Positions 36,581-49,200 of a DNA stretch of 64,000 nt are shown here, piece by piece. Source of the stretch: Anaeramoeba ignava BMAN (taxonomy: Eukaryota; Protista; Anaeramoebae); NCBI GenBank assembly GCA_028826165.1, contig JAPDFW010000010.1, forward strand, positions 23,076 through 87,075, read 5' to 3'. Numbering within the stretch: position 1 is the stretch's first letter; the number at the start of each line of letters is the position of its first letter. The notes under the pieces are model-generated. The model did no database searches and had not been told where the DNA came from. It saw only the letters and a program-made list of their open reading frames with translations. The position numbers and the translations under genes are program-made.

Positions 36581-38091
36581 TTACAACAAATAATTATTCT
36601 GTAAAGGATCTTGATAAATAACACCAAAAGGAGAAACTAAATGGAAAAAACTCTGAAAATTTGGAGAAAGAATATTTTGAGGGATATTTTCCAAAGGAAG
36701 AGAATAAGCGGAATCTGCAATTAAAGATAATAAAAGAGACAAACAAGATTGAGCTTCAAATTTCGAAAAGGGATCGGAATCATTGATTAAAAAATCAACG
36801 ATTCTGTTTAACAAGAACTCAGCATTGGCGAATAGAACCAAGTTGAGGATATTTTTTCCAAGAAAAGAAATTGCGGTTAAAACACCATAAAGAGAAGAAA
36901 AAGGAAGTTTTTGATCAACCAAGAAGGTGTTTAAAGAATTGATTATTTTTTGTTGAAGAAAATCATTTTTTCCACCAAATCGGAAAAAAATTGAGCTGAG
37001 TAAACGACTTGAAAAATCTCTCAAAATCCAATGGTTATCAAAAAGGACTCCAATTGAGGAAGAAGTTATACAAGTAAGAATTGGGGAATAAAATGGTTGA
37101 TATAAATTCCACAGTGTAAGTTATTGTTTTTTAAAAGACAATCAATAACTCGCATTAGATTCATTAAAACTGGTAAGTTATCAATGTTGAAATATACATT
37201 TGTGATTATAAATTCAATGTAATATGGTAGTAATATTTGAATTCCTGAATTGAATTGTAATGAACTGTATATTCTTTCTTCAAGACTCCGTATTGTATCT
37301 CTTCGTATTAATCTTTCAATTGTGAATTCGTAGTAATCTGAAAGTTCTCGAGAAAGTGCTAATGGTTGTTTTGGGACTTTTATATAATTTTAATTACAAT
37401 TTTATAAATGAATTTTAATTTTAATTATAATTTTAATTTTAATTTTAATTTTAATTTTAATTTTAATTTTAATTTTAATTTTAATTTTATAAATGAATTT
37501 TAATTTTAATTTTAATTTTAATGATTTTTAATTTTAATTTTAATTTTAATTTTAATTTTAATTTTAATTATTTTGAATTGAATTTTAATTTTAATTTTAA
37601 TTTTAATTTTAATTTTAATTTTATTTTTAATTTTAATTTTAATTATTTTGAATTGAATTTTAATTTGGAGTTCATTTATAAATACGATAAGATTCAGATA
37701 TTGTAGAAAAACCCTCAATAGAAATCCATTGAGAAATTATTTTTTGTTGTTCAAATTTTTGAGGGTTTTTTTCTTTAACAAATTCATCTAATAACTAAAA
37801 GAAACAATAAAAGAAGAAAAACAAGAAGATTAATAAAAAGGATGAATTAATAAAAAAAGAAGAAATCACCTCATTATTATAGTTTAAAATAGCGTATCTT
37901 ATATCAGATGTTGTTAAATTGTTTCTGTGTGAATGTTTCATAAATTTCATTGAATCTTGTATTAATTCAGTAATTCTTGTATTTATTTCTTTCTGTAAAA
38001 TTTTCATTATTTTTGGTTTTTGATTTGGTTCAAAATCTAAATTTTTCACTGAGTTTCCTATTGATGTTAAAAAATTTTCTGTAACAAACAT
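36581..38091 (-). CDS. TAF6: TFIID subunit TAF6, 3 exons
   Basis: Histone fold ELIQDSMKFMKHSHRNNLTTSDI; WISIEG; LSRELSDYY; GIQILLPYY; DNHWILRDFSSRLL; SLYGVLTAI. Confidence 0.88.
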
Positions 38092-38188
38092 TGGAAAATT
38101 TAATTGAAAAAATGAAAATGAAAATGAAAAAATGAAAAAATGAAAAAAAATTTTTGATTTTGATTTTCATTTTTTTTCTTTTTTCAAA
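38092..38188. promoter_or_regulatory. Compact bidirectional promoter (TAF6 / Kelch-BTB) with Inr-like TCATTTT motifs
   Basis: 97 bp between divergent ATGs. Tandem AAAATGA at 38108-38145 and TTTTCATTTT at 38164. Confidence 0.5.
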
Positions 38189-41100
38189 ATGAGTAAATTT
38201 AAAATTAAAATTAAAATTAAAATCAAAATTTAAAATTAAAATTAAAATTAAAATTAAAATTAAAAATTAAAATTGAAATTAAAATCAAAATTAAAATCAA
38301 AATTAAAATCAAAATTAAAATTAAAATTATAATTAAAATTAAAATTATAATTTTTATTCCCTTTTTGATTTAGGTCATACTTGGACTGAAATTAAACCAA
38401 AATCATCAATAATTCCTGATAAACGTTCAAAAGTTTCTTATACTTTATATAATAATAAAATTCTTGTTTATGGTGGATTTCATGCACATGGTTGGGATCA
38501 AATTTATTATGATGATATGTATGAATTTGATCTTGCAACAAAAAAAGTAATTGATTTTAAGGATAATTATAAAAAATACAATTAAAATTATAATTAAAAA
38601 TAGAATTAAAAATGGAATTAAAATTAGAAATGGAATTAAAAATGGAATTAAAATTAAAAATACAATTAAAAATGGAATTGAAATTATAAATGAAATTAAA
38701 AATACAATTATAAATGGAATTATAAATGGAATAATAAATGGAATAATAAATAGAAATAGAATTAAAATTGAAATTAAAATTAAAATTATAAATGGAATTA
38801 AAATTAGAAATGGAATTAAAAATAGAATTGGAATTAAAAATGGAATTAAAAATGAAATTAAAAATGGAATTAAAAATGGAATTAAAAATGGAATTAAAAT
38901 TAAAAATAGAATTATAAATGGAATTAAAAATGAAATTAAAAATGGAATTAAAAATGGAATTAAAAATGGAATTAAAAATGGAATTAAAAATGAAATTAAA
39001 ATTATAAATAGAATTAAAAATGGAATTAAAAATGGAATTATAAATGGAATTAAAAATGGAATTAAAAATGAAATTAAAAATGGAATTAAAAATGGAATTA
39101 AAAATGGAATAATAAAATATTTTTTAGTGGAGCTTAATTGAACAAGTTGGAAAAAAACCAGCACCTCGTTGGGGAAATACAACAATAGTTTATCAAAATA
39201 AATTGATTGTTTTTGGAGGAAGACAAAGTGGATCAAACAATCCAGCAATTCATCAATTTGATTTAAAAAAAAGAATTTGGGAAGTATTAAAAACAAAAGG
39301 AAAATATGAATCACTTTATTATCACGCATCAGTTCTGTATCAAAACAGATATATGATTTCAATAGGAGGATTAGAAAAAAATGACAAATATAATCAAAAA
39401 ATATATGTATTGGATTTGGAGAAATCAAAATGGAATACAATGAAAACAAGTGGGAAAAAACTTTCTCCTCGTTTTGGTCTTTCAGCTGTTATTGATAATG
39501 ATGATATTTATGTTGTTGGTGGTTATAAAAAAGATACTCTTTCTGGTTTGTTTAAATTGAATCTTAGATCCAAAATTTGGTCTCAAATTGTTTCAATTAA
39601 TGATGAATATTGGACTTTAAAAGAAAGTCATTCAGCTGTTCTTGATTCAAAATCAAAAAAAATGATTATTTTTGGTGGTTTTCAAAGAAAAAATAATTCT
39701 AATTTGAATAATATTACAATTTTTAATTTGGTTACTGAACAATGGGAAGAGGTTAAAACTAAAGGAGTTATACCAGATCCAAGAGGTATTTATTGATTTC
39801 AATTATTTTTGAAGTGATTTTTTTGTTGGAATGAAAATCAAAATCAAAATTAAAATCAAAATTAAAATCAAAATTAAAATCAAAATTAAAATTAAAATTT
39901 AAAATAAAAATCAAAATCAAAATCAAAATAAAAATCAAAATCAAAATCAAAATCAAAATCAAAATCAAAATCAAAATAAAAATCAAAATCAAAATCAAAA
40001 TCAAAATGAAAATCAAAATCAAAATGAAAATCAAAATCAAAATGAAAATCAAAATCAAAATCAAAATTTAAAATCAAAATCAAAATCAAAATCAAAATAA
40101 ATCAAAATCAAAATCAAAATCAAAATCAAAATCAAAATTTAAATTTAAAATCAAAACCAAAATCAAAATAAAAATCAAAATTTAAAATTAAAATCAAAAT
40201 CAAAATGAAAATCAAAATTAAAATCAAAATTTAAAATTAAAATCAAAATCAAAATCAAAATCAAAATTAAAATCAAAATCAAAATCAAAATCAAAATCAA
40301 AATTAAAATCAAAATCAAAATCAAAATTAAAATTAAAATTAAAATCAAAATTAAAAATCAAAATCAAAATAAATCAATTTCAAAATCAAAATCAAAATAA
40401 ATCAAAATCAAAATCAAAATCAAAATCAAAATCAAAATCAAAATCAAAATCAAAATGAAAATTTAAATTTAAAATCAAAATCAAAATCAAAATCAAAATC
40501 AAAATGAAAATCAAAATTAAAACATTTAGATGATCATTCAGCAATTTTATCAAACAATAAAATGTATATCTTTTTTGGAACATCTGGGAATAATAAGAAT
40601 TTTTATAATGATATTTTTGAATTTCAATTTGCATCTGAACTTTCAATTCATATGCATTCATTTCTTGATAATCAACAATTATGTGATATTGAGTTTACAA
40701 CATTAGATAAGAAAAGAATTCAAGCACATAATCATATTCTTCAAGCTCGATTAAGTAAAATCAAAATATTCAAAAAATTTAAAATTAAAATAATCAAAAA
40801 ATCAAAATATTCAAAAAATTATAATCAAAAAAAAAAGAACATCACTGGACTCCATTTTTCCAAAATCAATTATCAAATCTAACTTACGAAGAATTGAGAT
40901 CATTCCTAACATTTATCTATACAGGAAATTTAGAAACAGAAAAGGAAGAAACAACAAACAAATTAAAAGAAATGGTTTCAAAATTAAATTTAGAAAATTT
41001 ACAAATTGAAGGAGAAGAAAATGAAAAAAAATTAGAAACAGATTTAAATGAATTATTTGAAGATGAAAAAACAAAAGATTTTTCAATTATTGTTAAAAGA

Positions 41101-41580
41101 GAAAATGAAAAAGAAGAAATTATTCGAGTTCACAAAACAATATTATCAGCTCATAGTGAATTATTTCGAGGAATGTTTTTGAGTGTTCATGATAATTCAA
41201 ATTCAGCACCAGATTTAAGTGGAAGAAGTGCAAAATCAATAAGAAAATTAATTCAATATTTTTATACTGGAAAAACAAGTCAAATTGACAGTTTTGAAAT
41301 TGCAGTTGAATTACTTGATGCTCCTTCTTATTATGGAATTGATTCCTCTCGTTTGGAAATTCCTAATCAATGCGCTCAAATTATTAATCAAAATCTGAAT
41401 ATTCAAAATGTTGTTGAATTTTGTTATTCAAGTTTGGAATTAGGAAATGTTTTATTGCAAGATTTTTGTATTGAATTTATAAAGAATAATTTTAAGCAAT
41501 TAAAATCTCAAAATTTGGATGATTTATTTGATTTGATTAATGAAATTAGAAGGATTAATTTAAGAGAAATGCTAAAATAG
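38189..41580 (+). CDS. Kelch-repeat + tandem BTB protein (LZTR1-like architecture)
   Basis: Kelch repeats (ILVYGG, IVFGG, ISIGG, YVVGG, IIFGG) then BTB segments (LCDIEF...AHNHILQAR; KDFSII...VHKTILSAHSELFRGMF). The first coding exon is only ATGA (38189-38192). Confidence 0.85.
38548..39127 (+). repeat. Intronic (AATGGAATTAAA)n 12-mer satellite
   Basis: Seen directly. It generates the spurious KNGI and IPFL ORFs. Confidence 0.85.
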
Positions 41581-41589
41581 AAGCTCAAA

Positions 41590-42720
41590 AATTGAATTAA
41601 ATATTGAATATTGAATTAAATTGAATATTGAATTAAATTGAATTGAATATTAAATATTGAATTAAATATTGAATTAAATTGAATTGAATATTAAATATTG
41701 AATTAAATTGAATTAAATATTAAATTGAATTGAATTAAATATTAAATTAAATATTAAATTGAATTGAATTGAATTGAATTGAATTAAAAATTGAATTGAA
41801 TTAAATATTGAATTAAATATTGAATTAAATATTGAATTGAATATTAAATATTAAATTAAATATTGAATTGAATTGAATATTGAATTGAATATTGAATTGA
41901 ATTGAATATTGAATTAAATATTAAATTAAATATTGAATTGATTTAAATTAAATATTGAATTGAATTGAATTAAATTGAATATTGAATTGAATATTGAATT
42001 AAATTGAATATTGAATTAAATTAAGTTAAATATTAAATATTAAATATTGAATTGAATTGAATTGAATATTGAATTAAATATTGAATTAAATATTGAATTG
42101 AATTGAATTAAATATTAAATTAAATTAAATATTGAATTTGAATTAAATATTAAATTGAATTGAATATTGAATTGAATTGAATTGAATTGAATTGAATTGA
42201 ATTGAATATTGAATTGAATTGAATTGAATTAAATTGAATATTGAGTTGAATTAAATTGAATTGGATTAAATTGATTTAAATTAAATATTGAATTAAATAT
42301 TGAATATTGAATATTGAATTAAATTAAATATTGAATTAAATATTGAATTAAATATTGAATTAAATATTGAATTGAATTGAATTGAATTGAATTGAATTGA
42401 ATTGAATTGAATTAAATATTGAATTAAATTGAATATTGAATTAAATATTGAATTGAATTGAATTAAATTGAATTGAATTGAATTAAATTGAATTAAATTG
42501 AATTAAATATTGAATTGAATTGAATTAAATATTAAATTAAATTAAATATTGAATTGAATTAAATTAAATATTAAATTAAATATTAAATTAAATATTAAAT
42601 TAAATATTGAATTAAATATTAAATTAAATATTGAATTGAATTAAATTAAATATTAAATATTAAATTAAATATTGAATTAAATTGAATATTAAATTGAATT
42701 GAATATTGAATTGAATTAAT
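41590..42720. repeat. Intergenic pentamer-based satellite (ATTGA/ATTAA variants)
   Basis: Seen directly. Confidence 0.85.
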
Positions 42721-42916
42721 TTGATTTGGATTGATTTTTTTATTTTTGATTTGATTTTTTTATTTTTGATTTGATTTTTTTTTTTTGATTTTATTTTGAT
42801 TTGATTTTTTTTTTTGGATTCAATAAAATCATTTTTCATTTTCCTTTTTTTTTTTAGTTCGTTTTTTGTTATTTTTTTTTTAAATTTTCTTTCATTCGTT
42901 TGATTAGTGTTGGTTT

Positions 42917-43846
42917 ATGCATAGAAAATACTCAAAAGAAATTACACTAAAACCAAAAATAGTTGAACTTCCAACTTTATTCAATCAATATTGGACAACA
43001 CAAACAATTCTATCAAATTTATCAAAATCTACAGTTGTGTTCAAAATTAAAACAACGGCTCCCAAAAATTATTGTGTACAGCCACGAATGGGGAGAATTC
43101 CTCCAAATTGTTTTATTACAATTAATAGTATTTAATCGATATTTTTTTGACTAAGCAAAACTAACTTAAAAATTATCATCTCATTCATTTATTCTTTTTT
43201 TTTCTTAATTTTTCCCGAATTTCCGTTAGTTTTTTATCAACCAATTAATACTCAAGAAAGGAAACATGACCGCTTTTTAGTTGTTTGTGCCTTCATTCCA
43301 GATAATACAAATGAACCTGATATTAATGAATTGGTAATTTGAAATTTTTTTTTAATTGAATTTTTCATTTTTCAATAACAAATTTATTTTACCCATTTTT
43401 TTCCCATTTCCTCTTATTACTTCAAAAACAAAAAAACTATACAATCTCCTCCAATTAATTTACCCACTTCTTTTAATCAAAGACTTCTGAAACTTCTTCA
43501 AACGAAAAATATTATTACAAGTTCAAAATAATGTTTTCCCAAAATGTAAGTTATATCTAAAAAAAACATCAAAATAACAAACAAAATTCTAATATTCAAC
43601 ATAAACATAAACTTTCTCTGTTTGTTTCAAAAGGCAAAACCACAAGAAACAAATCAAATAATCGATATAAAGAAACATTTGAAATTGTTGAAGCAAAAGA
43701 GACATAATCAAACAAATAAAATTATTTTGAGCAATATTAAAAAGCAATCCAATCACAAAGAATTTCTAAATAAGTTGCTAAGCAAATCTGTTTTGGCCTT
43801 TTTTGCTTTACTGGTTTTTTTCTTGATAATTTTCTTTTCCTTTTGA
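42917..43846 (+). CDS. VAP/Scs2-like MSP-domain tail-anchored protein (multi-exon)
   Basis: MSP motif VVFKIKTTAPKNYCVQPRMGRIPP; later exon RKHDRFLV; C-terminal TM VLAFFALLVFFLIIFFSF. Confidence 0.8.
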
Positions 43847-44129
43847 AAAATTGATTTGATGTTCTTATTTTTTTTTTTCTTCTTTTTTCAAAACATTTTC
43901 ATTCACAAATTCTTTTCGAGATTTTTGTAGAAATTTTCTCCAAAATCAAATCCAAGCACAAACTTCTTGGAAATGGAGATCAAAGATTTTCAATTTTTTT
44001 TTTTTTTTAAATGTTGAAAAATTTTTTCTATTGATTGGAAAAAAAAATTTTCATTTTGAAAAATTTATTTTTGGATTTTGATTTTTTTTTTTTGTTTAAA
44101 AAAAACGAAAAAAAAAAAAAGCAATAAAT

Positions 44130-44850
44130 TCAAAAATTTTCAACAAATTTTTTAAAATCAAATCCAAGAAGAATTGAAACATTTGTATAATCATATTCTA
44201 AATAATTTAATTCATTTTCTTTTTGAATTTGAATTTGATTTTGATTTTGATTTTTGATTTGATTTTGATTTTGATTTATTCTTGGCTTTTTAAGTCTTTG
44301 TGGTTTTTCTTCTTGTAAATTTTGTAAATATTGCAAATTTTTTTCAACTGGATCTTCAGTTTGATTTTGTTGACCATTATATCCCCCAAAATTATTCTCA
44401 AAAAAATTCACTTTTTGATCTTCTTCTTCATAATTTATTTTTTCTAAAACTTTTGGAGGCTTAAATGCTCTTCTTTTTATTCGATCTTTTTGCTTTTTTT
44501 TACTTTTTATTTTTTGATTTTGATTTTCGGTTTTTTTTCTTGTTTCCAAATTTAAATTTTCAAGTATTTGAAGAATATATTTTGATTCAGTAATTTTATC
44601 TCCTGTTTTTATTTCAGAATGTTTTAACCAGAACTCATCAATTAATTCTCCATCTTCTTCTGTTAATTTACACTATAAATAAAATGATGAATTTTGAAAG
44701 AAAAAAAAATTGAATAAAAAAATATCATTTTTCTTTTTCATTTTGATTTTGAAATACTTTTCTTCCTTCGATTTCTATTATTCCTTCTTCCCAAATTTGC
44801 GATTTTTTGGTTAAATCTTTTGTAAATTGAACTTTAAATTTTTGTTCCAT
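44130..44850 (-). CDS. DUF2439 (ZGRF1 N-terminal-like) domain protein, 2 exons
   Basis: MEQKFKVQFTKDLTKKSQIWEEGII...KLTEEDGELIDEFW...KTGDKITESKYILQI fits the recalled DUF2439 pattern. Confidence 0.5.
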
Positions 44851-44936
44851 TTTTAAATGAAAAAAAGAAAAAAATGAATTTTTTTTTTTTCAAATTTTTT
44901 TTTCATTTTTTTCTTTTTCATTTTTTTTTTTAAAAT
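44851..44936. promoter_or_regulatory. Compact bidirectional promoter with Inr-like TCATTTT motifs
   Basis: 86 bp between divergent ATGs. The left half carries AAATGA and the right half carries TTTCATTTT. Confidence 0.5.
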
Positions 44937-46189
44937 ATGAAAACTTTAAATATTATTCTTTTTTTATTCATTTTATTAATTACTTCAGAAATTATTAATG
45001 CAATTGAAGAAGTTAAAGAAGCAAAAGATTTACAAAAATCAAGTCGACTTAAAAAAAAATTAAAAGAAAAAAAACAAAAAAAATCACATAAAAAATCAAG
45101 AAAAAATCCAAAAGAAACACAACCAAGATTTTCTGAAGAAACTAAAAAAGCAATTCAAAAAAAAGTACGAGAAACTTTTAAAAAAGATCTTTTCCATCGA
45201 AATCAAAGAGAACTTTAAAAAAAAATCAAAAACAAAAACAAAAAACAAAAAACAAAAAAAAATCAGAAAAATTTTTTCATTTTTTTCCTTTTTAAAAAAA
45301 TCTAAAAAAAATCTAAAAAAATCTAAAAAAATGAGTTAGTTTTCTTTAATTTCCTTTTTTTTTAATTAATTGATTAATTTTTTCTTATTAAAAAAAAAAA
45401 AAATAAAAATAAAAATAAAAAAAAAAAAAAGGTGCAAAACCAATTTTAATTCAAATTTTAAAAAAAATTAAAGAATTACAAATAACTATTGCTTTAATGG
45501 TTTGTAGAAATTAAAATTAAAATCAAACTAAAATTAAAATTAATTTATTTTTATTCTAGATTGAATCAATTAAAGAAGAAAAAATAATTGAAAATGAAAA
45601 TATTCAAAAACATAAATTTTTTGTTATTCAAGAAATTAGTTATTTCTTTAAACATTTTACAAAATTCAAATATAAATTATCAAAAGAACAAGAACAAATG
45701 AAAAATAATTTATTTATACAATTCCAAAATTTATCAAATCTTATAAAAGAAATTGAATTAAATAAAAATCAAAAAATTCAAAATCCAAATGATTTAGTTG
45801 ATTCTTTATCAAAAAAATTAAATTCAATTTTTCAAGTTGTTAATATTTCAGAAACAAAATTACTTTATTCAGCAAAATCTCAAAAATTTCAATTAGAAAA
45901 ACCATTTTTATCAGAAAGAAAAACTACTAAATCTGAAAGAATTTTAAATTCAAATCAAAAACCAAAATCAAAATTAAAATCAAAACTTCCTGATGATAAA
46001 GATTTTATATTTGATAATGTTTATGAAAATTTATTAGATATTAAATCAAATGAAAATAGAAATAAAAATAAAAATAAAAATGAAGATGAAGATGAAGATG
46101 AAAATAATAAAGATCCTGAAGATTTTGAAATTGTTGAAACTTATGAAATTCAAAAAGAAATTCAAAAAGAAATTCAAAATCAAAATTAA
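44937..46189 (+). CDS. Hypothetical protein with signal peptide; exon structure uncertain
   Basis: Signal-like N-terminus MKTLNIILFLFILLITSEIINA. Further exon-like pieces at about 45432-45499 and 45561-46189. Confidence 0.45.
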
Positions 46190-46295
46190 AAATCAAAATT
46201 GTTTCAAAATCAAAATTGAAAATTATAAATAAATTGTTTGAAAAATACTTATTATTTTTTTGAATTTTATTTTCCTTTTTTAAGTTTTAAAATTT

Positions 46296-49200
46296 TTAAT
46301 TTTGATCATTTGATTGTTCTTCTAAATCAACATTCTCTTCTGGTTTTTCTCGAATTGAAACTAAACCTGGAATTGCACTTTTCTTTTCTAAATCTTCTTG
46401 TTGTTGACGTTTTTTTTCTTCTTCAAATAATTCTTTATTATCTTGTTGAGAAAATTCTTTTGATTGAATTAAAAAGTCTCTTAAATGAATTTTAAATTTA
46501 GGTAAATCTTGTTTTAATTCAAACAAACCATCAACAAAAATTTCAATTTGAGTTTGATTTAAATTTGAAAATTGATTTGAAAAGAAATTAACAAGATAAA
46601 TTCTTAAATATTTTTCATTTTCAAGATTATTTTGAGCAGAATCAAAAAGTGGAACAGAAATTTGATTTAAAGAAACAAATTTGATCATTTTTTGTATAAT
46701 ATCAGCTTGTAAAGGAAATCCTGATTTGTGGAAAGTATCTGTCAAAACTTTGAAAATTTCCTCAATTATCAAAAGATAAAATGCTTGGAAAAAACCATTT
46801 GCAATATTAGGAACAGATAAAATATTATTAATCAAATCAATAAGTATTTGGAGTCCAATTTCAGAAATGTTTCTATCATTGTGCTTAACACCCCAAATCA
46901 CACTATCTACAAAAACTTGGAAGTTATTTGATGTGTATTGGAATAAATGATTGAAATTAGTTTTATTGATTGTTTGAATCAACTTGTAGAAATGGAACCG
47001 AAATTCAGGATAGTCTTCGAAATTCAGAGAAATCATTTGTATTGTTGATTCAAAAATTGACTCCATAATTTCTGGGATTTTGCTTGAAATCAATCCTTTC
47101 ACTTTTTCTACAATGGTTGTTAATACATACAACACTTCATGACATCTTGTTTCTGGAAGCGAGTTTTTATACTCTACCAACATAATTTCAAATAAGGATG
47201 GAATGATATCGCGAACAATCATTTGCGGATCTATGCTTTTGTAAATAAATGTTTGTATTAATCCAAGCACTTCTTTTTTCACTGAATTTAAATTTTTTAT
47301 TTTTTGTTTTTTGATTATTCGACTTCCATCGCTGTTTATAATTTCATTTATTAATTTGGAATAAATTTCATAAATATTCAGCATATTTGGGAATAAAAAC
47401 ATAAACTGTTTGCGAAATGGTGATCCAACGCTAAGTGCCACTCTTGAATTAATTTTCAAAATATAAATCAAATCTTTGCAAAAATCTGAATCAACCATTT
47501 GATGATGTTTTGTTGATATTATGTTGATTGAGCGTTGCCAGATAATATTGTATGAATCCATCAATCTATCAATTAACTTTTCCTTCTCTGTTTTTTTTGC
47601 TTGTGCAATCATAACTCCCAATGCCTGGAAAAATATTAGTCTTTGATGATTTTCAAGATCGGAAGTGATTAATGTAAGTTTGTTGATGATTTTGTTGATA
47701 AATGGACTTGTGTCTTTTCCTTGTGTTGAAACAAAATTCCATCTGCATTCATTGGATATTTTCAAAAAAGTATCACAAGAATTATGAACAATCATTAAAT
47801 TATTCACCATAAAAGTTTCATCTTCTTCAACACTTATATCATATACATATTCTTGTTGATCTAAATTTGGTTCTTCTATATCGATTATTAAATCATGGAA
47901 AACATCACTATAAAGTGCTTGTTTAAGTAATTTGATATCTTTTTCTATTTCTTCGTTGATTTGTTCTTTTAATTCCATTAATCTATTTTCGATGTTTTCT
48001 TTTTTTGATAATAATTGTGAATTTTTTGCTTTCAATAAATATTCTTTGATTTTCAATTTTAACTCAATAGGAACTTCGAAATTGAAAATGGAACTAGAAT
48101 TTAAAATTTCAATTTCAGATGAATTCAAAAAATTTTCTTTTTTACTCCATTTTTCTTCAATTAATTCAATCAATTTTTGTAATGATTTTCTTGTTGAATC
48201 TCCATTTATATCCACAAATTTACTTAATTCAATATCGAAAAATGTTGCTAATCTTGATGAAATATTTCCAATATAAGGAATAGTTTCAAATTTCTTAATT
48301 TCTTGTTGGTTATTTTCTAATGATAAAGTTTTATTAATTTTTTCAATAACAAATTTCATATTTTCTTCAATGAATTCCAGATTTAATAATTCAGAAAGAA
48401 TTTGTCTTGAATTTTCGTTTTGAAATATTTGAATGTAAACTAAATCTGTATTTTTTTCTTTTTTAGAACAAGTTGTTAAAATTTCAAATCTAGCAAGTAT
48501 TAATTGAATAATAGAAGATAAATTTTGTGAAGAAGAAAAAAGAATTAACTTTTCTTCTTTTTGAATCAAATTTTGATAAAAATATCCTGTTAATAAACCA
48601 GAAAGAAATGATTCATTTGCCAATAACAAAAATGATCTAAATTTTTTTTCTAATTCTAATTCTAATTCTAATTCTAATTCTAAATTATTTATAAACAATC
48701 TTAAATTATTAAAAAATAAAACAAGATTTGAATCCCAAAATTGTTTTTTGGAAATGAAAATATCTTCAAATATTTCCCAACAATATAAATTTAAAGAAGA
48801 ATTTGCTGAACAAAATTCCATTTGTTTTAGATTTGAATCAAATTTTCCAGATGAAATGAATATTCCAATAAGAAATCCAAATTTTGAATTTAAAAAGATT
48901 TCCTTGTTAAAATGAATTTTGTTTTTAGGATTTGTTTGATTTTGAGATGAAATAAAATTGTATATGTTAATTGAATTAATAACATCAGAAGAATCAACAA
49001 TAAATCGTTTTGAAATAGGAAGTCTATGTTTAAAAGATTGAAGATCGCTACCAAGAATTGGTATAATTTTATCATTTTTCTTGATTACAAAAGAATGGTT
49101 TTTTGTTGCAATAATAGTTCTATTTGTTTGTGTTTTAATTTTGATCAGATTATCATTTAAAGGATGGCGAGAAAAGCTTGTAATTTTTTTCCATTCAACT

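Noticed and set aside
38445-39449. 334-aa hydrophobic IPFL-repeat ORF and the opposite-strand KNGI-repeat ORF
   Set aside because: Both come from the 12-mer satellite inside a GT-AG intron of the Kelch-BTB gene.
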